64,000 bases of DNA, from the IMG/VR virus record IMGVR_UViG_3300009314_000001; one strand, 5' to 3'. The notes beneath the pieces were generated by a model. It saw nothing but the letters and a program-made list of their open reading frames with translations, had not been told where the DNA came from and made no database searches. Of the stretch, positions 27,593 through 37,645 are shown piece by piece (positions within the stretch are counted from its first letter, which is position 1; each line of letters begins with the position of its first letter). The DNA comes from a virus. Its lineage: Duplodnaviria; Caudoviricetes. The position numbers and the translations under genes were made by a program.

Positions 27593-27748
27593 TCAGTAGT
27601 CCACGTGTAAAATGTCTTGGAGATCGAGTTGATCCTGCCAACGTTTGGCTTGTTCCAGTGCGTACCGCGATCGATACCTGCCACGGTACTCGCGTTCCCG
27701 CATCGTACGGCCGGTGATGCCGACCAACCGCACAACGCCGGTTTCCAC
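27593..27748 (-). CDS. GC-rich small hypothetical protein
   Basis: GAGG RBS and GTG 27748; METGVVRLVGITGRTMRERE... Confidence 0.4.
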   Translation of the reverse strand: METGVVRLVGITGRTMREREYRGRYRSRYALEQAKRWQDQLDLQDILHVDY

Positions 27749-27976
27749 GTTAACCTCGGCGTAACTCGCTTCCAAGGAAATGTCAGAACAATTGCACCAC
27801 TCCAATCATCTTTTTCATTAGAGACAAATTGAACTGATCGTAGTGGAATACCTCGCTTCACAAAGTTTTCGGCAATCATGGCGGCAAGACATATAGTCCC
27901 CTGATGTACGCCTTCAAGCATAAAGCTCAATGGTGAATCTTCACTGAAAAGTGCTGACACATCAGTATCGCGTGGA

Positions 27977-28435
27977 TTATTCATTAAGAACTCCAAATGT
28001 ATATCTTTCGTCCAGTTCATACTCTATTGCTTGTTTCATAATTATATCAGCTGGTGTTCCGTGTGTATTTCTCTCGATACAATTTTTCACATCAGCCACG
28101 GTTAGTGGAACACAAGCAATTACTTCAACGCTGTAGCCCATAAGATCGGCTACTTTGGCGTATCGCTCCCATTCCCAGAGATGAATATTAGTATTGTCGA
28201 CTATTATTAAATCTACTTGCTTCTCCAACGCCTCCAGAAAGCGCATGAAACAATCATTGTGAGCCTGAGGGATTTTCTTGACGTCGAAATCATACTCTCC
28301 ACCGCTGGTGGTAAAGTATTGATCGGCACTCACAATAACACCTTCTGTGCCAGTGGCGAGATTCCTGGCAAGGATTTCTTGGGCTTTGTGTGATTTACCA
28401 CTGCCAGATGGTCCTCGCATTATGACTACTTTCAT
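27977..28435 (-). CDS. P-loop kinase (AAA_33 / N4BP2-like polynucleotide kinase)
   Basis: IMRGPSGSGKS, VSADQYF, IIVDNTN. Confidence 0.8.
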   Translation of the reverse strand: MKVVIMRGPSGSGKSHKAQEILARNLATGTEGVIVSADQYFTTSGGEYDFDVKKIPQAHNDCFMRFLEALEKQVDLIIVDNTNIHLWEWERYAKVADLMGYSVEVIACVPLTVADVKNCIERNTHGTPADIIMKQAIEYELDERYTFGVLNE

Positions 28436-28677
28436 TCTCCAGGCTCCGGTTCCGGTTCGGGTTTGTAAGTCCAAATCAGCCACAATGGACCAATAATTAG
28501 CTTCTCGCCAGTCTTCTCATCAACGGCAATCATTCTGACAAAAGCGGCATAAGCAATTACTATATACTTCCATATCCCACAGTCCGCAAGCATAATTACA
28601 AGGAATATAAAGAAGGCTTGAGCCATCAGGAAGGAAATAAATCCTCTCGTCGTGTCTTTCAGTTCTGAGTATTTCAT
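28432..28677 (-). CDS. Small membrane protein
   Basis: GGAGG RBS before MKYSELKD; hydrophobic segments. Confidence 0.55.
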   Translation of the reverse strand: MKYSELKDTTRGFISFLMAQAFFIFLVIMLADCGIWKYIVIAYAAFVRMIAVDEKTGEKLIIGPLWLIWTYKPEPEPEPGE

Positions 28678-28734
28678 GTTACCTCCATAATACATTATCA
28701 CTAACGGAATATGGGTTGGTAAATTACATAGAAA

Positions 28735-28742
28735 CAAATATA
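28735..28742 (+). promoter_or_regulatory. CAAANATA motif
   Basis: CAAATATA 22 nt upstream of ATG 28765. Confidence 0.45.
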
Positions 28743-28764
28743 CTATAACAAAGGAGATTACCTC

Positions 28765-29205
28765 ATGGCTAGAGATCCGTTTTCTGTACTCCGAGTCTTA
28801 GCAGGCAGCGACCCGAAGGTTTTTGCCGAAGAAATCAAAAGATTCGGATTGAAAGTGGTCGGTTTCAAAAGTACTGACCCCCTAAAAACCAGGGTGCAAT
28901 CTGAATCTGTCGCTGCTATCGCGTCAACAATAACAGAAGACGTAGACACAGATAAAGATCTCCATCCTGCCACCGTCCGAGCAATGCAAATAGCCGAGGA
29001 CTACGGCTATATTGTGAAAGTGCTCGAGGAGATGTTTGGTGATGAGGACGATGAAGGTGCTGTAGCAACTAAGCCAGCAGTCGCCCCACCCAAACCAAAA
29101 CCAAAACCTGGGACGGCTCCGCCAAAAGAAAGACCTAAGAGGCGGCAGCCCTGGAATCCTCCGAGACCCGCAGAAGAACCGACTCCAAAGGCTTGCAGAG
29201 GATGA
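28765..29205 (+). CDS. Hypothetical protein with Pro/Lys-rich tail
   Basis: AAGGAG RBS; 146 aa. Confidence 0.65.
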   Translation: MARDPFSVLRVLAGSDPKVFAEEIKRFGLKVVGFKSTDPLKTRVQSESVAAIASTITEDVDTDKDLHPATVRAMQIAEDYGYIVKVLEEMFGDEDDEGAVATKPAVAPPKPKPKPGTAPPKERPKRRQPWNPPRPAEEPTPKACRG

Positions 29206-30602
29206 ATAGGAATCAGGTCCTAGAAATAGCGGGTCTAATCACGGAAGATCCGCAAATCTTTACACTCCTCCTCGAAACCTACGAGGAAGGAGCACATCCT
29301 AGTATTCGCGACTTCTGGTCCAATATTAGGCGGTCTCAGCATCCATTTTCTGCTCACCCTCTACTAGCCATGTATGGGGCAGAATCAGCTGAAAAAGCCT
29401 ATGGACACACCGTAGAGCAACTCCAACGAACCTTCCCAGAACTCGAAGGAGTACCGCCACAACAAATAATGCAAGCAGCTCCACAGCTAGCTATGCAAGT
29501 ATTTCAACAAATCGCAAGAATGGAAGCACCACACCGACAACAACTAGAAGAACTCGCAAAGAACTTGGTGAGTAGAATCTGGGGTGTACCAACAGAGATA
29601 CTAGACGCGAAACTGGGTCCTCCAGAAATGCCAGAAATGGAAGAGGACGATTTCGATTTCGACATGGACGATGACGACGACGATTTCGAATTCGAAATGC
29701 CAGAAATGGATGTCGAACAGCACCCGATTGATAGAGAGCAAGTGAACAAACGAATCACAATGAATGCTCTCACTCAAGGTGCAGCAGTCCATAATATGGC
29801 AACAATTCACCATGCCGCTGCTGATCAACTTCAAGAAATTGATCCTCAATTACTCCAAGCATACGGTAAATTCGCAAGCGGTTCCACTCACATGTATTGG
29901 CTAATGGACTTTGCCAATATGACGAGGGAAATGCTATCTCATTCCACAGTAGGAACCACTCGTGTAACCTATGGGGAAGAGGAAGACGAAGGAGAATTCC
30001 AAGAACTTGGTGGGGAAGAAGAAATGGGGGAAGAAGCAGGCCCCATGCCCACAATAATAGCAAGAGCAATAAATTTCCCAGTCCTCGTCCAAGAACTAGT
30101 AAAAGGTGTGATGGAATTATTATCGCATCATGGACTAGAAGGTCTAAGCAAACAACAATTACAAGGAATTTACCAAGAAGCCGATAGATTAGAAGACGAG
30201 CCCTGGCTCATCCAAGTTGGTCCACATCTCTGGCGATCATTCCTCAAGATCGTACCCCCAGGACACAGCTTAGCTGAAATTATGGCGAGTCTCGCAACAA
30301 AAGAACCACAGTATATTCATAATCTACTATCTGAAACCATAGAAGCAGTTCATAGAGATGAAGATCCTACAGGCCCTCGAGAAGCATTAGCCCAAATGAT
30401 GCAAGAACTAGAAGAGCAGGGTGCGGCCGATTTCGATGAAGAAGATTATGGAGAGATCGGGTACGAGGATTACGAAGAAGCCTACGAAGATCCTGAGGGC
30501 GGTTACGAAGATCCTGAAGGCGACTACGACGAAGGTGGTTTAGGATACGAAGGCGAAGAAGACGAAGAAGACGAAAATTGGGATCTTGGCGAGCCCTGGT
30601 AA
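29193..30602 (+). CDS. Acidic hypothetical, possibly head-associated protein
   Basis: 469 aa; D/E-rich tracts. Confidence 0.7.
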   Translation: MQRMNRNQVLEIAGLITEDPQIFTLLLETYEEGAHPSIRDFWSNIRRSQHPFSAHPLLAMYGAESAEKAYGHTVEQLQRTFPELEGVPPQQIMQAAPQLAMQVFQQIARMEAPHRQQLEELAKNLVSRIWGVPTEILDAKLGPPEMPEMEEDDFDFDMDDDDDDFEFEMPEMDVEQHPIDREQVNKRITMNALTQGAAVHNMATIHHAAADQLQEIDPQLLQAYGKFASGSTHMYWLMDFANMTREMLSHSTVGTTRVTYGEEEDEGEFQELGGEEEMGEEAGPMPTIIARAINFPVLVQELVKGVMELLSHHGLEGLSKQQLQGIYQEADRLEDEPWLIQVGPHLWRSFLKIVPPGHSLAEIMASLATKEPQYIHNLLSETIEAVHRDEDPTGPREALAQMMQELEEQGAADFDEEDYGEIGYEDYEEAYEDPEGGYEDPEGDYDEGGLGYEGEEDEEDENWDLGEPW

Positions 30603-30609
30603 CTAGGGT

Positions 30610-30996
30610 ATGCCAGTAGCAGCCACCTTCGAATTCTCTAATGAAGCTCGTAGTATCTGGGACGATGTCACAGAGCAAGCCAACGAGCAATTCTACATCA
30701 AGATAGCCCGCCGTTGTCGTAAGCAATTCAAAAGGGATGATTATCCTATCCCACCATTTGCTATGGCGGGTATCGAAGCCCATATGATAATCAAGCACCG
30801 TGGGCTTGCTGCATATGGTTGCAAATGGGTACTATTTGAGAATGATATAGAAGTTCAACAAGGTACTACAGATATTGACGGGATTAACACAGGTATTAAA
30901 ATAGCATTACCATATATCACTAAGATATATCGGCTTGAAATTAACAACAAGCCTATTCCTCGTCACAAAATACCAAATGACGAACACTCAGCTTAA
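30610..30996 (+). CDS. Hypothetical protein
   Basis: 128-aa ORF, operonic. Confidence 0.55.
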   Translation: MPVAATFEFSNEARSIWDDVTEQANEQFYIKIARRCRKQFKRDDYPIPPFAMAGIEAHMIIKHRGLAAYGCKWVLFENDIEVQQGTTDIDGINTGIKIALPYITKIYRLEINNKPIPRHKIPNDEHSA

Positions 30997-31369
30997 GGAC
31001 TATATCTATCGGTGCTTGTTTGACGAGTTAGCTAGACTCGCCAATATACCCGGTGCCGTATGGTCTAGAACTTTGCTTCAAGGATGTACAAACCCATATA
31101 CAAATGAAACAATAACATACCAAATAAGACTGTTGGTACGAGGAGAACTAATCCTAGTCAATATAGGATCAAAGAACGAGAAGAATATTGTGGATTTTGA
31201 TGATGGGTTTCCCAATATGATCTGGGTCACTATGCGGCAAGAATCGCATATATTTCCATTTGATCCACGTGAACCCAACTTTGGCGGAGTAGAAGAAAGA
31301 ATAGCAACCACAATTATGGAGTTCTACGAGAAGTGGATATCGAACGAGCCATCAAACAGCACATCCTAG
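30977..31369 (+). CDS. Hypothetical protein (DxxP family-like)
   Basis: Probable start MTNTQLKD. Confidence 0.5.
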   Translation: MTNTQLKDYIYRCLFDELARLANIPGAVWSRTLLQGCTNPYTNETITYQIRLLVRGELILVNIGSKNEKNIVDFDDGFPNMIWVTMRQESHIFPFDPREPNFGGVEERIATTIMEFYEKWISNEPSNSTS

Positions 31370-31764
31370 ACGGGCTCTTCGACCCTGATACGCAAGTTCC
31401 CTTTGTATGTGAAATTGTAGAAGAGATCCCTACCGGCTACACGTGCCTAGCTACCAAACAACCACCAGCATATACACAATATAAAGATTCTTCATATACG
31501 GATTATCGCGGCGCAATCCTGGTAAATGTACCGGATGTCTGGTACAAAATTCTAATCACTGTCCAAGAAGGTAATAACGGCTACGAAGTAGACGTTCTTG
31601 CGTCAGAACCGCTCAAACACAGAGCGCGCGTCCTTGTCGCTACCGTGGATGCTGCTGACCCAGATTTCAGCAGCATCCAAGAGAAAATCAGAGAAGCCAT
31701 CAAGTACATCAAGGATATCGTAGCCACGTACTCAAATGGTCTTCAAGCACTCCAAGAGCCCTAA
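31333..31764 (+). CDS. Hypothetical protein (DxxDP family)
   Basis: C-terminal TVDAADPDFSSI. Confidence 0.55.
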   Translation: MDIERAIKQHILDGLFDPDTQVPFVCEIVEEIPTGYTCLATKQPPAYTQYKDSSYTDYRGAILVNVPDVWYKILITVQEGNNGYEVDVLASEPLKHRARVLVATVDAADPDFSSIQEKIREAIKYIKDIVATYSNGLQALQEP

Positions 31765-32444
31765 CCCAGGACATCATGAGTGTTGACGAAGAATCGTTCG
31801 CCGACCCGATAAGTATCGTTGTGGTCTTCTTGTCGTTGGATGATCCAATCGTTGACAACACCGAATTGGAAATTCAAGATATACTGTTCTTGTGGTTCCG
31901 GATAGCCGATACAGGCTGGATTAATCCCAGCATCCTCAAGAACAGAGGCTGGAACGACGCGACGATCACCCCAGCCTTCTTTACGATCGGTGTTATAATT
32001 AGGACAAGACCAACCCTTAGCAGGCCCAAACTCGAAGCCACAATCTTCAGTGACTTGAAAACCATTGCGCTCTGCTTCCGGTTTAGGAGTCCAAGTGGTC
32101 CAACCGTCTTCATCGGTGTCGGTTAGAGTATATTGGTCGGTGAGTTTTTGCTTGGTTTGCTGCCAAACGTCATTATCGCAGCCCCAACAAATGAAAACGT
32201 TCCGACCTAACGTTTGAGCACCTTCAAGCGTGCTCAACAACATCTTCTCGAAAACCGATTGCTCACTATCGGTTTTATCAAGAATTGTGTTGATTGGGCG
32301 AGCTTTGATGGGTTTCGTCTTTTTGACTCGCCTGTACGAGAGCCCTTGAACGTTAGCCAAGGGATGCAACTCGAGCGGCAAATCCTTCAATAGCTCATTG
32401 TTCCCTGTAACAGTTTTAGCAATTGATCCTAATGTAAGTTCCAT
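31761..32444 (-). CDS. Hypothetical protein
   Basis: 227-aa ORF. Confidence 0.5.
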   Translation of the reverse strand: MELTLGSIAKTVTGNNELLKDLPLELHPLANVQGLSYRRVKKTKPIKARPINTILDKTDSEQSVFEKMLLSTLEGAQTLGRNVFICWGCDNDVWQQTKQKLTDQYTLTDTDEDGWTTWTPKPEAERNGFQVTEDCGFEFGPAKGWSCPNYNTDRKEGWGDRRVVPASVLEDAGINPACIGYPEPQEQYILNFQFGVVNDWIIQRQEDHNDTYRVGERFFVNTHDVLG

Positions 32445-32592
32445 CGATGCACCTTCCCGATGCTAGGTTCACCGACTTACTGATCACCTTCTTAACTCAG
32501 CTCTCAGAAGCTTTCCGACATCCTTGCCTTTTAATTCAGTAAGGATTGCCGCCTCGGTTCTTTATAAATACATCGAACTGAGCGACATATTT

Positions 32593-33060
32593 CTAAACAA
32601 GATCTATCAAGGATTCTAATAGACGAATCCTAGCTTCTATTGGTTGCCCGCTGCCTTTTCTGACAGTCCTAAATACAAGTGAATCGAATGTGCCTTTAAG
32701 ATTAGGGGCACCATATGTACCATCATTAAAATCATATCCCCAGAATAATTCTATCTCACCAGTCTCGGAACTGCCCAATCCGGTTTCTTTGATAGTCCTC
32801 ATATCTTTTTGTAGTCTTGTTTGTACTGCTTGTCGAAGTTTGAGGAATACTTCTCTAGCTCCATCTATTGGTTCTTTGGGTGTATGAATTACGTGTCTGC
32901 CAGATTTTAGAAGACCCAGAGGCTCTAGTACATTCCTAGCTTTTGCCATTATTAGATTACTGAAGGCCTTGAGTTTCAGTTCAAGAATGATACGGTTCGA
33001 GTGTTCTTGGTCGTGCCAAGTTTCTATAATCATTCCTTCAGCGATATATCTAAGTTTCAT
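32593..33060 (-). CDS. Hypothetical, possibly head-packaged protein
   Basis: N-terminus MKLRYIAEG; CAAAAATA 4 nt upstream. Confidence 0.6.
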   Translation of the reverse strand: MKLRYIAEGMIIETWHDQEHSNRIILELKLKAFSNLIMAKARNVLEPLGLLKSGRHVIHTPKEPIDGAREVFLKLRQAVQTRLQKDMRTIKETGLGSSETGEIELFWGYDFNDGTYGAPNLKGTFDSLVFRTVRKGSGQPIEARIRLLESLIDLV

Positions 33061-33064
33061 ATGT

Positions 33065-33072
33065 TATTTTTG
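33065..33072 (-). promoter_or_regulatory. CAAANATA motif
   Basis: CAAAAATA 4 nt before ATG 33060. Confidence 0.4.
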
Positions 33073-33213
33073 CTAGGGCGACGAGATATATCTCCGAGCT
33101 TCTCCTTTAGCTTCCCTCGCACTCTGAGACCAGATGAGGTACAGAGGCCGTACTTAAAGAAAAACTCAGGAAAATGCCTTCCGTGGCTTCCGAGAATGCA
33201 TAAAGGGGTTTTT

Positions 33214-33879
33214 ATGTCAAAGATTTTCGGTATCGGACTTCCGAACACAGCTACAACATCGTTAGCCCATGCATTACGAAAATTAGGCTATATATGTTTA
33301 CATAATTCACCACAATGGCGTACTAAGATTTACCATGGTACTGTAAAACAACCTTACAGAGCACCGGAAGGTATGGAAGAATGGGATGCTATAACAAATT
33401 TTGGGGAATGGTTCTTTCCACAACTAGATTATGAGTATCCTAATTCCAAATTCATACTAACGCTACGACCTATAGAAGATTGGTTAAAATCAATCGAGAA
33501 ACTATTAACAAGATTCCAATTACGACTGATGGAACACAATAGAGCCCAACGAGCTGCAATCGAAATATTTGGTACCGGCGGATACCATGAGCATCGTTTA
33601 AGATATGTCTATGAACACCACAAAAAGTCAGTCATAGATTATTTCGAAGATACATCTCAATTGTTAATATTTAGTGAACCTTTTGGCTGGGAAGATTTAT
33701 GTTCTTTTCTAGATAAACCAATACCTGATATTCCATATCCATGGAAACATAGACAAAAATCTGTAGAACAACTGCTGAAAGAAAGCGAAGAACGCACGGG
33801 TTGGGTACCAAAATCTTGCACTCCTCAGAAAAAACGCTCTGTCAAATATAGAGAGGTTTCACCACAGGGTGGTGATTAA
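33214..33879 (+). CDS. Sulfotransferase-family protein
   Basis: KIFGIGLPNTATTSL (5'-PSB-like), YPNSKFILTLRPIEDWLKS, GWEDLCSFL. Confidence 0.75.
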   Translation: MSKIFGIGLPNTATTSLAHALRKLGYICLHNSPQWRTKIYHGTVKQPYRAPEGMEEWDAITNFGEWFFPQLDYEYPNSKFILTLRPIEDWLKSIEKLLTRFQLRLMEHNRAQRAAIEIFGTGGYHEHRLRYVYEHHKKSVIDYFEDTSQLLIFSEPFGWEDLCSFLDKPIPDIPYPWKHRQKSVEQLLKESEERTGWVPKSCTPQKKRSVKYREVSPQGGD

Positions 33880-33914
33880 TTTTTCACTTTGGTTTGCTTT
33901 GGAGGTACCAAGCT

Positions 33915-34724
33915 ATGTTAGGTTCCATGCACACTTCTGACGTGCGCCGCTTCATCCCCCGCCTAGTTCACATCGGCGAAGCTCCGATCCAACGGAAGCA
34001 TTACAAAGATGCTCAAGGTGAACCAGGCAAACCTATAGATCTACTCGAGGATGCTGAGTACACCGTAAAAATACTCACATATCCACGCTTTAAACTTGAC
34101 TGGGGTCCAGTAGACCAATATAAGAAAGACAAATATCTACAATGGGTCAAAGACAACTGGGAAGACCACCTAACACCAAGAACTCCAGATACATTACCGA
34201 AGTCTTGGGATGACGAAATAAAATCTCTCACTTTCACTATAAGTAGCAACTATCATCACGGGATAAACCATTTCTCCCGTCTATTTGTATCAGAGTATAC
34301 CACTGAATATCGCTTTGATACAATAATTCGAGATCATTGCTTTGCAGTCGCTAGAGAAGCCATGAATGCGGCATTATATCTCCTAGCCGACTGCATCTAT
34401 GACGAAGAAAAGCAAAGTTGGGCGAGAGGTAAAAGAAAATGGGTACGTCAAATCCTAATGACTTACAAATTTTGGAGACTTCTCACCGGTCGTGGTAATG
34501 CTTGGTTCTACAGCGGTATACCAGAAATAGAAAGAACTCTTAAGGATGGATATTTAGTCAAAGGCGGTGTCGAATCATCAGACTATGCTGAAACAGTCCA
34601 GCTATACAGCAAAGTCCTAACGGACATTCGTGGGTGGGAAGAGCAACAAGAAAAGTTCTGGGCTTTTACTGCTGGCCCAAAGATTGAAGATACAGGAGAA
34701 AGTCCCGATAAGAAAGAGACGTAA
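33915..34724 (+). CDS. Hypothetical protein
   Basis: GGAGG RBS before ATG 33915. Confidence 0.6.
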   Translation: MLGSMHTSDVRRFIPRLVHIGEAPIQRKHYKDAQGEPGKPIDLLEDAEYTVKILTYPRFKLDWGPVDQYKKDKYLQWVKDNWEDHLTPRTPDTLPKSWDDEIKSLTFTISSNYHHGINHFSRLFVSEYTTEYRFDTIIRDHCFAVAREAMNAALYLLADCIYDEEKQSWARGKRKWVRQILMTYKFWRLLTGRGNAWFYSGIPEIERTLKDGYLVKGGVESSDYAETVQLYSKVLTDIRGWEEQQEKFWAFTAGPKIEDTGESPDKKET

Positions 34725-34989
34725 CTTTCTGAATTACTTTCTGAAGTTTGTTGTTGTATTTTGCCAAGACGTCTTCAGCACTTGGCTCTTCCTGGTGCAT
34801 CATAGCCGGGTTGTGAGTATAGACGGTTCTTAGTGTGGTTACACCATCTATTGTTGAATTCGTCTTGTGCATTACTTGTACTTGGATGAGTGGTAATTCG
34901 CTTGTTGGCGAATTCATTATACCAAGTACACGAACGATAGCCTCTGGCGGTGCATCCGCCAGAGTGAAGTCTTTTGTGAACCAGATCAT
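34666..34989 (-). CDS. Hypothetical protein
   Basis: Probable start MIWFTKDF. Confidence 0.45.
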   Translation of the reverse strand: MIWFTKDFTLADAPPEAIVRVLGIMNSPTSELPLIQVQVMHKTNSTIDGVTTLRTVYTHNPAMMHQEEPSAEDVLAKYNNKLQKVIQKVTSLSYRDFLLYLQSLGQQ

Positions 34990-34997
34990 CGTATGAT

Positions 34998-35288
34998 CTA
35001 ACGCTTCTTGGTAGTCCTGCGTATCGTGTTGTTTGATTCTACCATATAAGTAACTACTTGTTCGAACTTCTCGAAAGCGTCGAACATTGCATCCATAACA
35101 GCGTGTTTGGATGTAACTTTTACCACCTTTGGTAGTATCGTTCCACCTTTTGTTGTGTTCACACAATCCCGAGCAATTTGCTCTGCTTCTTCGGGATCGT
35201 CGCCGAGCCCACCAAAGAAAACACCTTGAAGCGTAATCTCATCCTTGTCTGTTTGAATTTTGGCGTAAGCTACCACGAATTTTTCCAT
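34998..35288 (-). CDS. Hypothetical protein
   Basis: Probable start MEKFVVAY. Confidence 0.55.
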   Translation of the reverse strand: MEKFVVAYAKIQTDKDEITLQGVFFGGLGDDPEEAEQIARDCVNTTKGGTILPKVVKVTSKHAVMDAMFDAFEKFEQVVTYMVESNNTIRRTTKKR

Positions 35289-35356
35289 GGTCCTTGTCCC
35301 TGTTCCCCTTCGTTCCATCAAAGTGCATCCGGTCGTCACTGGTCTCTCCTTTTTGA

Positions 35357-35818
35357 CTAATCGCCAGATGATCCAAAACCACTTTCTCCTCTTTGATTAT
35401 AACATGAGCTGAAGTCTTCTACTAGTCTGAATTCAGCATCATATTGCTTGTGAAGGATTATTTGAGCTATCCTATCGCCTTTTGCGACTTGGTACGGCTC
35501 ATCATTAACATTAACAAGAGACACAACTACCTCACCCGTATATGTAGCGTCGATAATACCTCGATTAGGGAATATTCCACGCATCCAAAGACCGGATCGG
35601 CCTTCGATAGTATAATAAAAACCCGGTGGGGCAGAAATTAATATACCTGTTTTGACGATCGTAGCCGTATTAGGTGTGAGTTCCTTATTTTCGATCGAAT
35701 AGATATCGTACCCACAATCAGTCTCACGCTTACGAAAAGGTAATTTGGCATCAGGATGAATAAACTTTACCTCCAACCTGACTACCGAGAGATGTGTAGG
35801 AATTGATGTTGCTATCAT
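35357..35818 (-). CDS. dut: Trimeric dUTPase
   Basis: GYDI, GRSGL, GIIDATYTGE, GDRIAQ, RGESGFGSSG motifs. Confidence 0.95.
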   Translation of the reverse strand: MIATSIPTHLSVVRLEVKFIHPDAKLPFRKRETDCGYDIYSIENKELTPNTATIVKTGILISAPPGFYYTIEGRSGLWMRGIFPNRGIIDATYTGEVVVSLVNVNDEPYQVAKGDRIAQIILHKQYDAEFRLVEDFSSCYNQRGESGFGSSGD

Positions 35819-36098
35819 GATAGAGTATCCTTACTGGCGATATACAGCCTACAATCACGAATTCCAAGTCGTAGAGGGTTTGATTACTGGCAAGACCTTC
35901 CCTAGCATAGCCCTGAAACTTAGACAGGAGGGGCTATCAGTAATCCGAGCTGATAGAATTAGCCCCTCCCAATACAGAGCTGGAATGCAAGTATCCAAGA
36001 TGAAACACCTAATAAAGCCAAAAGACACAAAACAAAGGTCCGGCTGTCCAATACGTAGGTTGTTCTCTTGGCTAATTTCGCCATTTCTTAAACGGTGA
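35817..36098 (+). CDS. Small protein resembling the N-terminal module of PilC/GspF
   Basis: YWRYTAYNHEFQVVEGLITGKTFPSIALKLRQEGLSVI. Confidence 0.45.
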   Translation: MIEYPYWRYTAYNHEFQVVEGLITGKTFPSIALKLRQEGLSVIRADRISPSQYRAGMQVSKMKHLIKPKDTKQRSGCPIRRLFSWLISPFLKR

Positions 36099-36798
36099 AA
36101 CGCTCCCTCTCAGATAGCACCCGAACTAAATCACCAACTACAAATTCGACTACTTGTTCCTGTGGTACGGAAGCATCCACATAAACAATATTATCAAGTG
36201 CCACACACCTATTAACCAACATCAAGACTTCTGGAGGAGCAGTAGCTAATCCATCATAAATCTTAGCCACCTTTCTATGATAATCGTGGCCAAGTTTATC
36301 ATACCTATCCTTTTTTCTCCCATCATCTTGAACTCTCGCCATTGCCTCCTCAACCCGACAACTAAAAATATATAATCTATCCGCAAGAGGAGGTACAACA
36401 AGACTATATAATCTACCAATCTCTTCTAGAGGAAGACCATCAGCACAACCAAAAGCAAGTCCACTAATATAAGAACTTCTATCGGCGAACACTACTTTCT
36501 TAGCCTCGAGCGACGGCTCCAGAATCGACTTGATAAATGATACAGTATCGGCTAGATATAGTACTTGCCTAGATAAATGATCTATTTCAATATTCGGATC
36601 AATTTCCTCAGGGTGTCTGATCAATTGTCTTATATGCTTACCGAGTGGAGTACTACCTGGATTATGAGTATTGACAATTTCAAGTTCCGGTGCAACCCCC
36701 GACAATCTCTTAGCTAACTCCTCAGAAGCTTTTAGCATAGTGCTAGTTTTACCACAACCATCGATACCCTCAAAGATCGCATATAATCCTCTTTTCAT
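36088..36798 (-). CDS. tmk: Thymidylate kinase
   Basis: FEGIDGCGKTS P-loop, VFADRSSYIS. Confidence 0.9.
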   Translation of the reverse strand: MKRGLYAIFEGIDGCGKTSTMLKASEELAKRLSGVAPELEIVNTHNPGSTPLGKHIRQLIRHPEEIDPNIEIDHLSRQVLYLADTVSFIKSILEPSLEAKKVVFADRSSYISGLAFGCADGLPLEEIGRLYSLVVPPLADRLYIFSCRVEEAMARVQDDGRKKDRYDKLGHDYHRKVAKIYDGLATAPPEVLMLVNRCVALDNIVYVDASVPQEQVVEFVVGDLVRVLSERERFTV

Positions 36799-36807
36799 TT
36801 CTTCTCC

Positions 36808-37272
36808 TCATCTTCGTGGGTTTTTAGGGATACACAAAAGTTTGTGATTTTCCCATTCAGTCTCAAGAAAACAATTCTCTGCCTTTACGGCCTTCAATAC
36901 ATTTACAAATTTTCTTGCCTGGCCAGCTGCACGCCATATTGCTTTTTCATAATTGCTTAGTGATCTAGTCTTCATTGGTCTAGTGCCTTGCCTGTATAAT
37001 CGTAGTGCTTTCTTATCGGAGCACTTTCTACAGACTTTTATCTCTCCCACCATTCTCCTTCGGAGTTTACCAGCAAGCCGCCACAAATCTCGTTCAAGCA
37101 CTTTGGCTTTTTCTACCGCATCACCGCTTGTGATAAAATAATCACGCGGATCCACATGTTCCGCCTTTATTTTGAAATCCTTTGGGTTTACGAATTCAAC
37201 GTGCTCCAATATTATTAGTTCATATACGGAAGCAACGACGTCATCACCAATTTTAGGATAATCGTCTGGCAT
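36808..37272 (-). CDS. Hypothetical protein
   Basis: 154-aa ORF, operonic. Confidence 0.55.
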   Translation of the reverse strand: MPDDYPKIGDDVVASVYELIILEHVEFVNPKDFKIKAEHVDPRDYFITSGDAVEKAKVLERDLWRLAGKLRRRMVGEIKVCRKCSDKKALRLYRQGTRPMKTRSLSNYEKAIWRAAGQARKFVNVLKAVKAENCFLETEWENHKLLCIPKNPRR

Positions 37273-37579
37273 TATTAAGCTCTCGTAGAAATTCTATAAT
37301 AATGCCCCAATCACCTCTGATCGGGACATAGACAAAACCACTGGATTTCACTGTCAATTCAAATTCCTTCGCCAATCTATCTACGCGTAATTCCCCATTA
37401 GTGGACTTACAAGAGAATTTTATAGTTATAGCCAGATCGTTATCTTCAACGTTGATTATACTATATCCGAATTGCTCGACGGCATTACATATATAGTCTA
37501 AAACCACATCTGTGATTTTATATCTAATATCAAAGAGAGCACTAGAGATAGGTTCTGGAAGCATACCCTTCAAATACAA
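37253..37579 (-). CDS. Hypothetical protein
   Basis: 108-aa ORF. Confidence 0.5.
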   Translation of the reverse strand: MYLKGMLPEPISSALFDIRYKITDVVLDYICNAVEQFGYSIINVEDNDLAITIKFSCKSTNGELRVDRLAKEFELTVKSSGFVYVPIRGDWGIIIEFLRELNNARRLS

Positions 37580-37581
37580 CG

Positions 37582-37606
37582 AGAGCCGCCAAAAATTGGC
37601 GGCTCT
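37582..37606 (-). terminator. Hairpin (possible terminator)
   Basis: agagccgccaa-aaa-ttggcggctct, 11-bp stem downstream of the 37646 gene. Confidence 0.55.
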
Positions 37607-37645
37607 ACGTTGCTTGAAGAGGTTTTGGACGTGACTTACGCTCGC

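Noticed and set aside
32563-32570. Exact T4 late promoter TATAAATA
   Set aside because: Single copy with no suitably placed downstream + strand gene; likely chance.
32445-32592. Minus-strand fragment RTEAAILTELKGKDVGKLLRAELRR
   Set aside because: Preceded by an in-frame stop and has no start; too short to assign.
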